From a virus (Duplodnaviria > Caudoviricetes), in the IMG/VR virus record IMGVR_UViG_3300033076_001181, positions 14,362 to 78,361 of that record: 64,000 nt of DNA. One strand, 5' to 3'. A model generated the notes under the pieces. The model searched no databases and was not told the origin of the DNA. It saw only the letters and a list, made by a program, of their open reading frames with translations. Shown piece after piece: positions 28,636-36,886 of this stretch; the first letter of the stretch is position 1, and every line of letters begins with the position of its first letter. Position numbers and translations under genes: made by a program.

Positions 28636-28763
28636 GACTATTGACTATTATTTATTATTTCTTTAAGTTTTAACATATAATCATAATATGGATCTTCACC
28701 ATGAACATGAACTAAACGCTCATAAATCCATTCCAAATGATTTCTATCAGATTGAGACATGAC
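28624..28763 (+). repeat. 15-bp direct repeat AGATTGAGACATGAC (28624-28638 and 28749-28763)
   Basis: Read directly; both copies contain an ATG TCT CAA TCT start on the minus strand. Confidence 0.85.
28638..28760 (-). CDS. Hypothetical 40-aa protein
   Basis: Manual translation MSQSDRNHLEWIYERLVHVHGEDPYYDYMLKLKEIINNSQ. Confidence 0.55.
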   Translation of the reverse strand: MSQSDRNHLEWIYERLVHVHGEDPYYDYMLKLKEIINNSQ

Positions 28764-29442
28764 CATTATTTATTTTAAGTGAATCAAAAAATTCTTTACG
28801 TGCTAAGTTATCATTTTCCATAAACACACCTGATGCTTTAGTAGTAACCATAGCAGCACCTTGATGTTTAATACCACGACAACTTACACAGTTGTGAGTT
28901 GCAACTACAGTAACAATAACACCATGGTTGCCTTCACAAACCTTATTTACTGCTTGATGAATAGCTGCTGTTAATTGTTCTTGGATAGCACCTCTACGAC
29001 CAAAATGTTCTACAATACGATTTAGTTTTGATAAACCAATTACTCGGCCTTCTTTACCTGCAATGTAACCAATATGTACTACACCTCGAATTGTTTGGTG
29101 ATGATGCGAACACATTGAAGTTAATTGAATATTACGCTCAATAATTACTCCATCATAACCATCTGACGGAAATGAAGTAATATCAGTAAATCCATTGTAA
29201 CGACCAGCCCACAAATCATTAACATATGCTTTAGCTACACGACGAGGTGTATCAGCAGAGTTAGGATCGTTTTGCCAATCACATTTTAGTGCTGTTAGGA
29301 AATTACCAAAATGTACTGTTGCTTCTTCAATCATTTGTTGCTTTTCTTCATCTGTCAATGGACGATCTAAAGCTGAACCGTTTGCGAGACCATTCTTAAC
29401 GCATTCGATATCATTGTGAAATTTTTTTCTATTATTTTCCAT
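28747..29442 (-). CDS. folE: GTP cyclohydrolase I
   Basis: DTPRRVAK, SMCSHH, VIGLSKLNRIV, QEQLT, HNCVSCRG. Confidence 0.96.
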   Translation of the reverse strand: MENNRKKFHNDIECVKNGLANGSALDRPLTDEEKQQMIEEATVHFGNFLTALKCDWQNDPNSADTPRRVAKAYVNDLWAGRYNGFTDITSFPSDGYDGVIIERNIQLTSMCSHHHQTIRGVVHIGYIAGKEGRVIGLSKLNRIVEHFGRRGAIQEQLTAAIHQAVNKVCEGNHGVIVTVVATHNCVSCRGIKHQGAAMVTTKASGVFMENDNLARKEFFDSLKINNGHVSI

Positions 29443-29449
29443 ATAACCT

Positions 29450-29479
29450 AATATAATAAATTATTTTTAAATTGCCAAT
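29450..29479 (-). promoter_or_regulatory. Class I promoter with ATG 5 nt after TATATTAG
   Basis: ATTGGC-N18-TATATTAGGTTATATG. Confidence 0.75.
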
Positions 29480-29976
29480 ATATATGGCAAACTTCTTTTT
29501 TGATGATGTTCATCATCCATTCCATATCCAACTACCCACTCATCAGTTATTTCAAATCCATAAATTGAACCTACTGGTAAGTCAATTTCATTGATTGCTC
29601 GTTTAATTAGAGTAACTATTTGAACTGATGCAGCTCCTTCATAAATGAAATGTTTACGCAATGTATCCATTGTAACTCCTGAGTCATAGATGTCATCTAT
29701 AAGGTAGACATGGTTATCTTGCATCTCTAATGACTCACGAAGTTTAATTTCTAAATCACCTCGTTCTTGACCCTCATATGACTTTACTTTTATAAAGTCA
29801 CATTTTGGATCAAGTGAGGATAACTTTTTAACTAATTCACTATAAAACATAAAACCACCATTCAATACACAAATTAGAATAATTGGTCGTTTTTCTGATT
29901 TATGACGATTAAAAATTTGGGTTGCGATTTCATCAATTCGCTTTTCAATTTGGTTTTGATTAAATAATACTTTCAT
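29467..29976 (-). CDS. hpt: Hypoxanthine/guanine phosphoribosyltransferase-like
   Basis: ICVLNGGFMF, VKSY, LIDDIYDSGVT (PRPP loop), WVVGYGMD. Confidence 0.9.
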   Translation of the reverse strand: MKVLFNQNQIEKRIDEIATQIFNRHKSEKRPIILICVLNGGFMFYSELVKKLSSLDPKCDFIKVKSYEGQERGDLEIKLRESLEMQDNHVYLIDDIYDSGVTMDTLRKHFIYEGAASVQIVTLIKRAINEIDLPVGSIYGFEITDEWVVGYGMDDEHHQKRSLPYILAI

Positions 29977-30235
29977 ATAACTCTTTGATTGGATGTAACC
30001 CTGGGTATGATTTCTGTTTGCCTTTATAAGACATTATTACATGTGGATAAAAATCTACTGCAAATTCGTCTTCTAATTCAGTTGCCTCATTAAGCTTAAC
30101 TAATTTAAATTTTAATTTGTTAGCAATTTCTTCTACCATAGGCATGGCTACTTTGCAGCCACCGCACCAATCGGCGTAAAAGAGTACTATAGTATTCTCT
30201 TTTTGTAGTGTTTCAGTTAATAGTTGTTTATTCAT
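29960..30235 (-). CDS. Thioredoxin (WCGGC)
   Basis: FYADWCGGC and downstream cis-Pro FYP. Confidence 0.85.
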   Translation of the reverse strand: MNKQLLTETLQKENTIVLFYADWCGGCKVAMPMVEEIANKLKFKLVKLNEATELEDEFAVDFYPHVIMSYKGKQKSYPGLHPIKELYESII

Positions 30236-31017
30236 TATACTTCTCGTTTTGTATCAAATGCTATTATATGTTCTCTACCTGTGAAATTATAACCATTATC
30301 TCTACAAAAATCCATCACCATCGGATACACTCTAATTAATTCATCTCTTGTATCACCAGGAGGCATTAACCATGTTTTACGTTTTGGAATATCCATTTCA
30401 ACTCTAAACGCTTCAATCTCATTCCATGCTTCAGGCATTTCAATAGGATTACAAACTGGTTTGTAATGATAGTCACCATGGTATTCAATCATTTTCTTAA
30501 TCGCGTCTTTATTAAGGCGGTATTTGTTATGTTGGTCCACCATTTTTTGGTCTGCTTTCTTACCTTGCGGTGTATCAGTCCCAATTGCAGGCACACTATT
30601 ACTGAACTTAGGAGACAAAGATACCAAACCGATTGGAAAGTCAGTTTCAATAAAATGAGAACCTTCTGTTTCAATTGTAATAAATAAGCCACGTTTTTCA
30701 GCTAAATGAGTTAATTCGTTTACTAGATCAGGATGCATAGTAGGTGAACCACCTGTTAACATCATTTCTCTAATATATGGGTTATTGTCATACATAGCAA
30801 TAATATCATTGAATGTGTATTTTCCTTTTTCAGGATGAATACTAGTATACCATGAATCACACCACCCACCTTCACCAAACCAACATCTATGAGTACATCC
30901 TGTAGTTCTAATAACTACTGTAGGCATTCCAGCTCTACTACCTTCTGATTGTACAGCTGTATATAGCTCTATAATTGGAAGTGTTTTATTATAATCTTCT
31001 ATTCTACCTGGTTTCAT
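30235..31017 (-). CDS. queE: 7-carboxy-7-deazaguanine synthase (radical SAM)
   Basis: ELYTAVQSEG..G.P..IRTTGC..C..CDS, LTGGSP, ITIETEG, SLSPK. Confidence 0.92.
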   Translation of the reverse strand: MKPGRIEDYNKTLPIIELYTAVQSEGSRAGMPTVVIRTTGCTHRCWFGEGGWCDSWYTSIHPEKGKYTFNDIIAMYDNNPYIREMMLTGGSPTMHPDLVNELTHLAEKRGLFITIETEGSHFIETDFPIGLVSLSPKFSNSVPAIGTDTPQGKKADQKMVDQHNKYRLNKDAIKKMIEYHGDYHYKPVCNPIEMPEAWNEIEAFRVEMDIPKRKTWLMPPGDTRDELIRVYPMVMDFCRDNGYNFTGREHIIAFDTKREV

Positions 31018-31502
31018 ATTTCCTCGTAAATTGAACTGTTATTATCATTTTCAAAACACTCTACTTTAATACATTTACAACGACCAGCATCAGTTTTAGA
31101 TAAAACATCATTAAAATGTTCATATACCATTCTAGCAGCACTTTCTGCTCCAATTTTATCCATGATAACTAACTTACATAGCCCTTCCATCTGCATTGTT
31201 TGGAACAAATCCAAATATGGATCATCTTTTTCAATCAACATTGTATGATCCCATTTATCATCCATCCAAGCTTTCAAACCATTACCTTGAGGTGCAGGTT
31301 TAAATCCACCATAGTCAACAATCCAATTCATATCATCCAATTGTTTTTCAACATCTGGTTCAACACTTGCAAACCATACTTTAAATTTTAAAGCATAACC
31401 ATGTAATAATTGACAGTGTGAGTGTTGTGCTTTCCATTGTCTGATTGCTACTGAATAGTTTTCAAATAATTTAGTTGATATATATCTTGTTTTAGTTTCC
31501 AT
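31014..31502 (-). CDS. queD: 6-carboxy-5,6,7,8-tetrahydropterin synthase
   Basis: SHCQLLHGY, WIVDYG, WDHTML, SAE, VECFEN. Confidence 0.9.
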   Translation of the reverse strand: METKTRYISTKLFENYSVAIRQWKAQHSHCQLLHGYALKFKVWFASVEPDVEKQLDDMNWIVDYGGFKPAPQGNGLKAWMDDKWDHTMLIEKDDPYLDLFQTMQMEGLCKLVIMDKIGAESAARMVYEHFNDVLSKTDAGRCKCIKVECFENDNNSSIYEEI

Positions 31503-31746
31503 AATTTAGCCAGTCTATAATTTGATTAAATGATTTAAGTCCTGTAAAACGTCTTACTTCTTGTCCATTTTCTACTAATATAACAGTAGGAACACTACGA
31601 ACATTTGCTGCTGTTAAAATAGCTGGGTCAACATAGTCAATGTTTTGTTTACGAACAGGTATTTGTTTGGCAACATCTTCCATAATTGGACCTAATGTTT
31701 GACATGGGTTGCACCAATTTGCTGTGTAATAATATAATTCTTTCAT
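31492..31746 (-). CDS. Thioredoxin (WCNPC)
   Basis: TANWCNPC, VRSVPT. Confidence 0.9.
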   Translation of the reverse strand: MKELYYYTANWCNPCQTLGPIMEDVAKQIPVRKQNIDYVDPAILTAANVRSVPTVILVENGQEVRRFTGLKSFNQIIDWLNYGN

Positions 31747-32049
31747 ACTAATTCCTCCAATATACCCAAACCTTCACTAGCTACTAACACAGTAGCTGCT
31801 GCTGGGATATTAATGAATAATAATAAATAACCTACAATTCTCAAAGCTGATTTAGCAAAGCTTATCTGTTGGTGTTTTTTAGGATTCGGATGTTCCATTG
31901 TTTTCAGTTTGTTGAGTTTCCATTTGTTGTTTTAACATAGCCATAAACTTACGTTCCATAACTAATTGATTTTTAGCGATAACAGCATTACGCTTAGCCA
32001 TTCGCTTGTTGTGAGCCTTTTTACCCCCACGTTTTCTTGATACTGGCAT
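31743..32049 (-). CDS. Two small ORFs: 51-aa membrane protein (31743-31898) and 56-aa basic protein (31879-32049)
   Basis: Manual translation MEHPNPKKHQQISFAKSALRIVG.. and MPVSRKRGGKKAHNKR.. Confidence 0.55.
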
Positions 32050-32053
32050 AATT

Positions 32054-32938
32054 TTATTTATTGTGATTATTTAAAATTGTTTCTACATGTTTAACTACTG
32101 TCTCCCAACTTACAGGACCACTTTCATCAGCATAACTGCAAGGGTCTGGTTTTCCAAGTTTCATAAACGCTTCAACTCGTTCTACAGACGATGCTGATTT
32201 ATAATCTGAGTACCATTTACCTCTTACTCCTGGGAATTCAGCTGTTTCTGGTTTGTTATTATGTGGCCAAAAGATTGGCTTATAAGATGTATTAGTGCGT
32301 GCATATACCTTGTTAAAATCAAGACCTAAGCACTCGCAACAACTGTCACCATCTTGTAAGATAGAGTATTTATCTCCATTTAAATACGGTGTATAGTGAT
32401 ATACTTTTTCAGCTCCCCAATTACCTGCTTTGAATGCTTCAAAATCGATATCTCTAAATTCTTGACGACAATCAGGATAGATAGCATGATCACCAGCATG
32501 AATACCCATTGCAATAGCACATTCAGTATTCTTTTGTTCAGCAATTGATAATGCAACTGCTTGAATAATAGAACTAAATATTTTATTACGATTTGGTACT
32601 ACTGTTGCTTTCATATTTTCTTCAGCATAGTGTCCTTCAGGTACTTCATCACCTCCAGTTACTAGAGCTGAGTTTAATAGTTGTTGTAAACCATCTAATT
32701 TGATTACTTGATGTTTTACTTTAGGAAATTTTTCATCCCATACTGGTTTATCAGTTTTTGTTAAATTATTTTCATTAATATATTTAACTAAATCTTTAGC
32801 ACGCTCTAATTCTACATTATGTTTTTGTCCATAATCAAATGATAATGCTGTAACTTCATAGCCATTGGCAAGTAGATGAAGCAATAGTGTGGAGCTATCC
32901 ATTCCTCCACTTAGTGATAATACTGCTTGTTTATTCAT
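32054..32938 (-). CDS. queC: 7-cyano-7-deazaguanine (preQ0) synthase
   Basis: LSLSGGMDSS, FDYGQKH, TVVPNRN, HAGDHAIYPDCR, TSY..S..ERVEAF. Confidence 0.96.
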   Translation of the reverse strand: MNKQAVLSLSGGMDSSTLLLHLLANGYEVTALSFDYGQKHNVELERAKDLVKYINENNLTKTDKPVWDEKFPKVKHQVIKLDGLQQLLNSALVTGGDEVPEGHYAEENMKATVVPNRNKIFSSIIQAVALSIAEQKNTECAIAMGIHAGDHAIYPDCRQEFRDIDFEAFKAGNWGAEKVYHYTPYLNGDKYSILQDGDSCCECLGLDFNKVYARTNTSYKPIFWPHNNKPETAEFPGVRGKWYSDYKSASSVERVEAFMKLGKPDPCSYADESGPVSWETVVKHVETILNNHNK

Positions 32939-33188
32939 ATTTTTTATATAATTTAGTAATCATTTCAACTTCTTCATTACTCATTTGATAAAACTTTGAA
33001 GATAAGTTAATCAACATACCATGAAATTCATTTTCTAATGATGATGTAGTTGGTGGGATATCATAACCTTCTGGTTTGTCATCTATGTAAGCATCTTCTT
33101 TTAACCATTCAACCATTAATTTTTTATCACGATGGCCCATTTCATTATAGACCTCCTCTAAATCTAAATCAATTCTAATATAACTCAT
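32931..33188 (-). CDS. Hypothetical protein
   Basis: 85-aa ORF between the TGT-like gene and queC. Confidence 0.65.
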   Translation of the reverse strand: MSYIRIDLDLEEVYNEMGHRDKKLMVEWLKEDAYIDDKPEGYDIPPTTSSLENEFHGMLINLSSKFYQMSNEEVEMITKLYKKYE

Positions 33189-33193
33189 AACTC

Positions 33194-33991
33194 TTATTGT
33201 TTTATACCGTTAATTTTTTTAAATGTAAATAAATTGTGATAAATTAATGGAAAATGAGGAGCCAAATCATCATAAGTCATATTCATTGTTTCATCAATTT
33301 TAATTTTAGGTTTAGTTAATAGACCATTTTTAGTGTATTCTAAACCTTCAATGCCAGCCATTATAGGATTTGATGTATCAATTGTTTCTACAAATGGCAT
33401 ATAGTGATAGAAATTAAATTCTTGTGGTGCGGCGCATCCTAACAAATGTACTCTGTCATTAGTTTCAATAACTTTATCTTTAAACAACTTACTAATTACA
33501 GCTACACGACCCATTGAAGCAGCAATTGCTGTAATTGGATGTGGAAAATGTTCTTGATAGTAATTAGCACCATATGAGAATGCAATCTTTTTATATCCTA
33601 ACATCTTATATTTAGTATAACACTCAGCTGCTTCTTCAATACTTTTAGCTTGAACAACTGCTACTTTAGTTGTATAGTAAGGCAATTTAATTCTAGCCCA
33701 TTCAGCAGCATTTTCTAAAGATGCTTCCATATCCTGCCATACATCAGGAACAATAAATTCATTTGGTTCAAAATATTCAACCCAATGTAATAAACGATCT
33801 GTATCATAAGCATGTCCTAGTTCATGTAAACTATTATCCATGATGATATAACGATCATTTTCTTTAGCCCATTTAAAATAATTTAAATAGTCCTCATTCT
33901 GATCTAGCAAATGAGGTAAACAATAATCATAGTGATTAAATGTTGGAGAGCTCTTAATTAGAGCAACTGGAACTTCGTGTGATACTTTCAT
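33194..33991 (-). CDS. TGT-fold transglycosylase-like protein (DpdA-like)
   Basis: IIMDNS, VPDV, AVVQ, VHLLG, IDTSNP in TGT barrel order; no C-terminal Zn site; heads the que cluster. Confidence 0.7.
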   Translation of the reverse strand: MKVSHEVPVALIKSSPTFNHYDYCLPHLLDQNEDYLNYFKWAKENDRYIIMDNSLHELGHAYDTDRLLHWVEYFEPNEFIVPDVWQDMEASLENAAEWARIKLPYYTTKVAVVQAKSIEEAAECYTKYKMLGYKKIAFSYGANYYQEHFPHPITAIAASMGRVAVISKLFKDKVIETNDRVHLLGCAAPQEFNFYHYMPFVETIDTSNPIMAGIEGLEYTKNGLLTKPKIKIDETMNMTYDDLAPHFPLIYHNLFTFKKINGIKQ

Positions 33992-34000
33992 AACTGATTT

Positions 34001-34030
34001 AATATAAATATGCTTTTACTTATTGCAAAA
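34001..34030 (-). promoter_or_regulatory. Class I promoter (TTTTGC variant) overlapping ATATTTAT
   Basis: TTTTGC-N18-TATATT; ATATTTAT at 34004-34011. Confidence 0.65.
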
Positions 34031-34037
34031 CTAATTC

Positions 34038-34562
34038 TTAGAATGGTTCTTTTAAAGTATTTTGTCGTTCAATCCATTTAGGATATTGTTTGATAATTTC
34101 TTCAACAGTACCTTCAGCTACTTCATAAACAAATTGCTTGACCTGTTCTTTACGCCCACTGAAATGATATTGGAGACTATATAATAAACTATCCATTCTA
34201 TCTTTTTCATCACGTTCAAAATCTTTTCTTAGATTATCAAATCGTCTTTTATAGTCTCTATAAATTTCCATTTCAGCATCTTTTTTGAACTCATGTGATT
34301 TATCACTATTGCGGACTTCAACAATTTCTTCAGCCATCCACCAATATTCATAATTTAGATATTGGGCGTACGGTGAATAATCAAAGTCACCATTTTTTAG
34401 TTTCTCATCAATACGAGCTCTATCCTTTAATGATTTATGAGTTGGATATCGTCTATGCCAATAATAAACATTAAACTTAGCCATTTTAGGTGGTTTAGGA
34501 GGAGCTGGATCACATGTACTTAGTGGGTGATACTCTCTTAAAACTTCTTCAATTGTAACCAT
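34038..34562 (-). CDS. Hypothetical protein
   Basis: 174-aa ORF in a co-oriented run. Confidence 0.7.
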   Translation of the reverse strand: MVTIEEVLREYHPLSTCDPAPPKPPKMAKFNVYYWHRRYPTHKSLKDRARIDEKLKNGDFDYSPYAQYLNYEYWWMAEEIVEVRNSDKSHEFKKDAEMEIYRDYKRRFDNLRKDFERDEKDRMDSLLYSLQYHFSGRKEQVKQFVYEVAEGTVEEIIKQYPKWIERQNTLKEPF

Positions 34563-34852
34563 TATGCTTCTACTGTTTGTAATACTTCTTCTACTAATTC
34601 TAAAACCAAATCATCTATTTCAGTCATTTCTCTGAAACGCTCTATATTAAATGATGGTTCAGCTATCATCCCACTTGGGAATACAATGTCTGGGTTGTGA
34701 ATTTCTTCTAGATGCAAACCAACACCATGTTTATACTCTTCAATTCCTCTAATAACATATGCGTTACCTTTTAGAGGTCGATTGGGAACAGATTCTAATG
34801 TGCGTGGCTCCCAAATATCATTTATACATTCTACTATTGCGCCTACTTTCAT
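34562..34852 (-). CDS. Hypothetical protein
   Basis: Start refined to MKVGAIV; the track's TTG start lies inside the promoter. Confidence 0.7.
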   Translation of the reverse strand: MKVGAIVECINDIWEPRTLESVPNRPLKGNAYVIRGIEEYKHGVGLHLEEIHNPDIVFPSGMIAEPSFNIERFREMTEIDDLVLELVEEVLQTVEA

Positions 34853-34859
34853 ATGGTTA

Positions 34860-34889
34860 AATATAACAAAGAATGGCCCGAAGGCCAAA
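34860..34889 (-). promoter_or_regulatory. Class I promoter embedded in a UUCG hairpin
   Basis: TTTGGC-N18-TATATTTAACCATATG; TGGCC-TTCG-GGCCA-TTCTTT. Confidence 0.78.
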
Positions 34890-34915
34890 CTTTAAGTACA
34901 ATATGTTATGATATT

Positions 34916-35128
34916 TTATTTATCTTCATGGATTGGATTATCAGGAAATAGAATATCCATGACTGCGTGAACATCAAATTTAACTCCTAATTGTTGAAGT
35001 GCCTTTAATGTATCCATGATACCGTTTTGATATTGTGAGGGAGTATTTGTATCTTTACCTGGGTAATCAAATCCCAATTCTTTTAGTACTTCTTCTTTGA
35101 TGATCTGTTTTAGTTCTGAGCGTTTCAT
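34916..35128 (-). CDS. Hypothetical protein (MKRSELKQIIKEE N-terminus)
   Basis: 70-aa ORF; ATATTTAT motif near 35147-35154. Confidence 0.6.
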   Translation of the reverse strand: MKRSELKQIIKEEVLKELGFDYPGKDTNTPSQYQNGIMDTLKALQQLGVKFDVHAVMDILFPDNPIHEDK

Positions 35129-35155
35129 TTTTAGCAATAATTTATTATAAATATA

Positions 35156-36877
35156 TTATCCCTCACAACTCACACAATCAGATAGTCGTTGTAAATTATC
35201 TCCTCTTAATACTGATTCAGTACGTAGGTAGTATAATGTTTTAACTCCTGTCTTATGAGCTTCCTTATGTACTTGACTAATCCACTTTGGTGTGTCATTT
35301 GGATCAAAACATAAGTTTAATGAAATTGCTTGATCAACATATTCTTGTCTAATAGCATTTTGTCTTACAATTTCTAACTGGTTGATTTCTTTAAATGTTA
35401 AGAACACTTCTTTTTCTTCATCAGTTAAAATATAAGACGGAACATTGATTACTGATCCTTGATCTTTAAGTATTTGATCCCAAACACTATCAATGTTGTA
35501 TCCTTTTGACTCAAGTAATTGTTCTAATACTTTATTACGTTTAATGAATACACCTTTTGCTGTTTTCAAATTATAAACGTTAGCAGGTATAGGTTCAATT
35601 GATGGGGACACACCTCCTGAGATATGAGCGTTTGATACTGTAGGTGCGATTGCTAAGTGATGAGTATGTCTCATACCTGTACCTTTACACCATTCTGGTT
35701 CACCATATAATTCTGCTTGATCACGAGATGCTTTTAGAGCGCCTTTTTCAATAAAGTCAAACATCATTCTAGTGTAAGCACTCGCTTGAATACCTACAAA
35801 CGGTAAATTCTTTTGTTGTAAGAATGTATGCCAACCTAAAACACCAATTCCAATTGCTCTACCTTTAGTAGCTGAACGAACTGTGTTTTCCATGAATTTG
35901 ATGTTTTTAGCTCTATCAATAAATTCTTGTAATACACCTTCTAGGAACCAACAAGTTATTTCAGGTAATGTCATTCCATTTTCAAATGTATAATCTTTCC
36001 ATTCATCCCAACGAGCTAAATTTAAAGACGACAAACAACAAATAAATGAGTGTAATTCGTCTGTATATAAGGCAATCTCAGAACAGATGTTAGTCATTGA
36101 TACATGTAAGTTATTTTTCTTATATGCTTCAGGATTAGCATTGTTAATGTTATCTTCAAACATTAAATAGGGTTCACCTGTTTCTAAACGTGTCTTAAGA
36201 ATTTCACCCCACAATTTTAATGACTTAGGATCTTTATTATCCAAATCATTCATAAACTTATCATCAATAACAATACATTGATGTAAATTCAAACATTGAC
36301 GATTAACATCACCTTTTGGTCTACGAATTTGTAAAAACTCTTCAATATCTGGGTGATGGATACTTAAGTTAACTGATGCTGCTCCTCTACGAACACTACC
36401 TTGGTTAGTAGCTAAAATAGTAGAATCATAAATTTTACACCATGGAACTACACCTTCTGATACTCCATTGTCTTTAATTGCTTTACCTCGGCCTCTAATG
36501 CGAGATACACCAATACCTACTCCACCACCTTGAGATGATAGTCTCATTAATTCAGAGTTAGCATCCGCAATACCTTCAATACTATCACCAACATCAATAC
36601 CAAAACATGAAATAGGCATTCCACGTTCTGTACCTAGGTTTGATAATACAGGTGATGCTAAGCATAACCAGTTTTTAACTATTGCTTCATAAAAGAATGG
36701 TTGTAAATCTTTTCGTCTTAAACGACGTGCTGCTGATTTACTTACTCTCTTATAAGCATCAAATACATCTTCATCAGGTAGTAAATATCCCTTAGATATC
36801 ATACTAACTGCTATTTCATCCATCCATTCAGGATAGTGTTTTCCTTTAATCCAATTTGTTGTGTCTACTGCGCTCAT
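35156..36877 (-). CDS. nrdA: Class I ribonucleotide reductase alpha subunit (no ATP cone)
   Basis: SPVLSN, ISCF, GGGVG, NICSEI, CCLSSLNL, AIAPT, LYYLR, C-term CxxC. Confidence 0.96.
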   Translation of the reverse strand: MSAVDTTNWIKGKHYPEWMDEIAVSMISKGYLLPDEDVFDAYKRVSKSAARRLRRKDLQPFFYEAIVKNWLCLASPVLSNLGTERGMPISCFGIDVGDSIEGIADANSELMRLSSQGGGVGIGVSRIRGRGKAIKDNGVSEGVVPWCKIYDSTILATNQGSVRRGAASVNLSIHHPDIEEFLQIRRPKGDVNRQCLNLHQCIVIDDKFMNDLDNKDPKSLKLWGEILKTRLETGEPYLMFEDNINNANPEAYKKNNLHVSMTNICSEIALYTDELHSFICCLSSLNLARWDEWKDYTFENGMTLPEITCWFLEGVLQEFIDRAKNIKFMENTVRSATKGRAIGIGVLGWHTFLQQKNLPFVGIQASAYTRMMFDFIEKGALKASRDQAELYGEPEWCKGTGMRHTHHLAIAPTVSNAHISGGVSPSIEPIPANVYNLKTAKGVFIKRNKVLEQLLESKGYNIDSVWDQILKDQGSVINVPSYILTDEEKEVFLTFKEINQLEIVRQNAIRQEYVDQAISLNLCFDPNDTPKWISQVHKEAHKTGVKTLYYLRTESVLRGDNLQRLSDCVSCEG

Positions 36878-36886
36878 TTTTATTTT

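Noticed and set aside
30489-30692. 67-aa minus-strand ORF nested in queE
   Set aside because: Alternative-frame shadow inside a well-supported gene, with no independent evidence
21434-33991. Bacterial chromosome or prophage origin suggested by groEL, hpt and que genes
   Set aside because: The genes are embedded among phage replisome and tail genes with uniform orientation and phage promoter motifs; no integrase or att site was seen
28147-33991. Z-genome (PurZ) pathway or archaeosine/preQ1 pathway
   Set aside because: No purZ, queF, arcS or glutamine-amidotransferase-fused queC was recognised in the window; they could lie elsewhere in the genome
20194-34888. Track start codons at 21165, 24503 and 34888 (TTG)
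   Set aside because: Each TTG is part of the TTTGGC promoter box, exactly 36 nt upstream of the likely ATG
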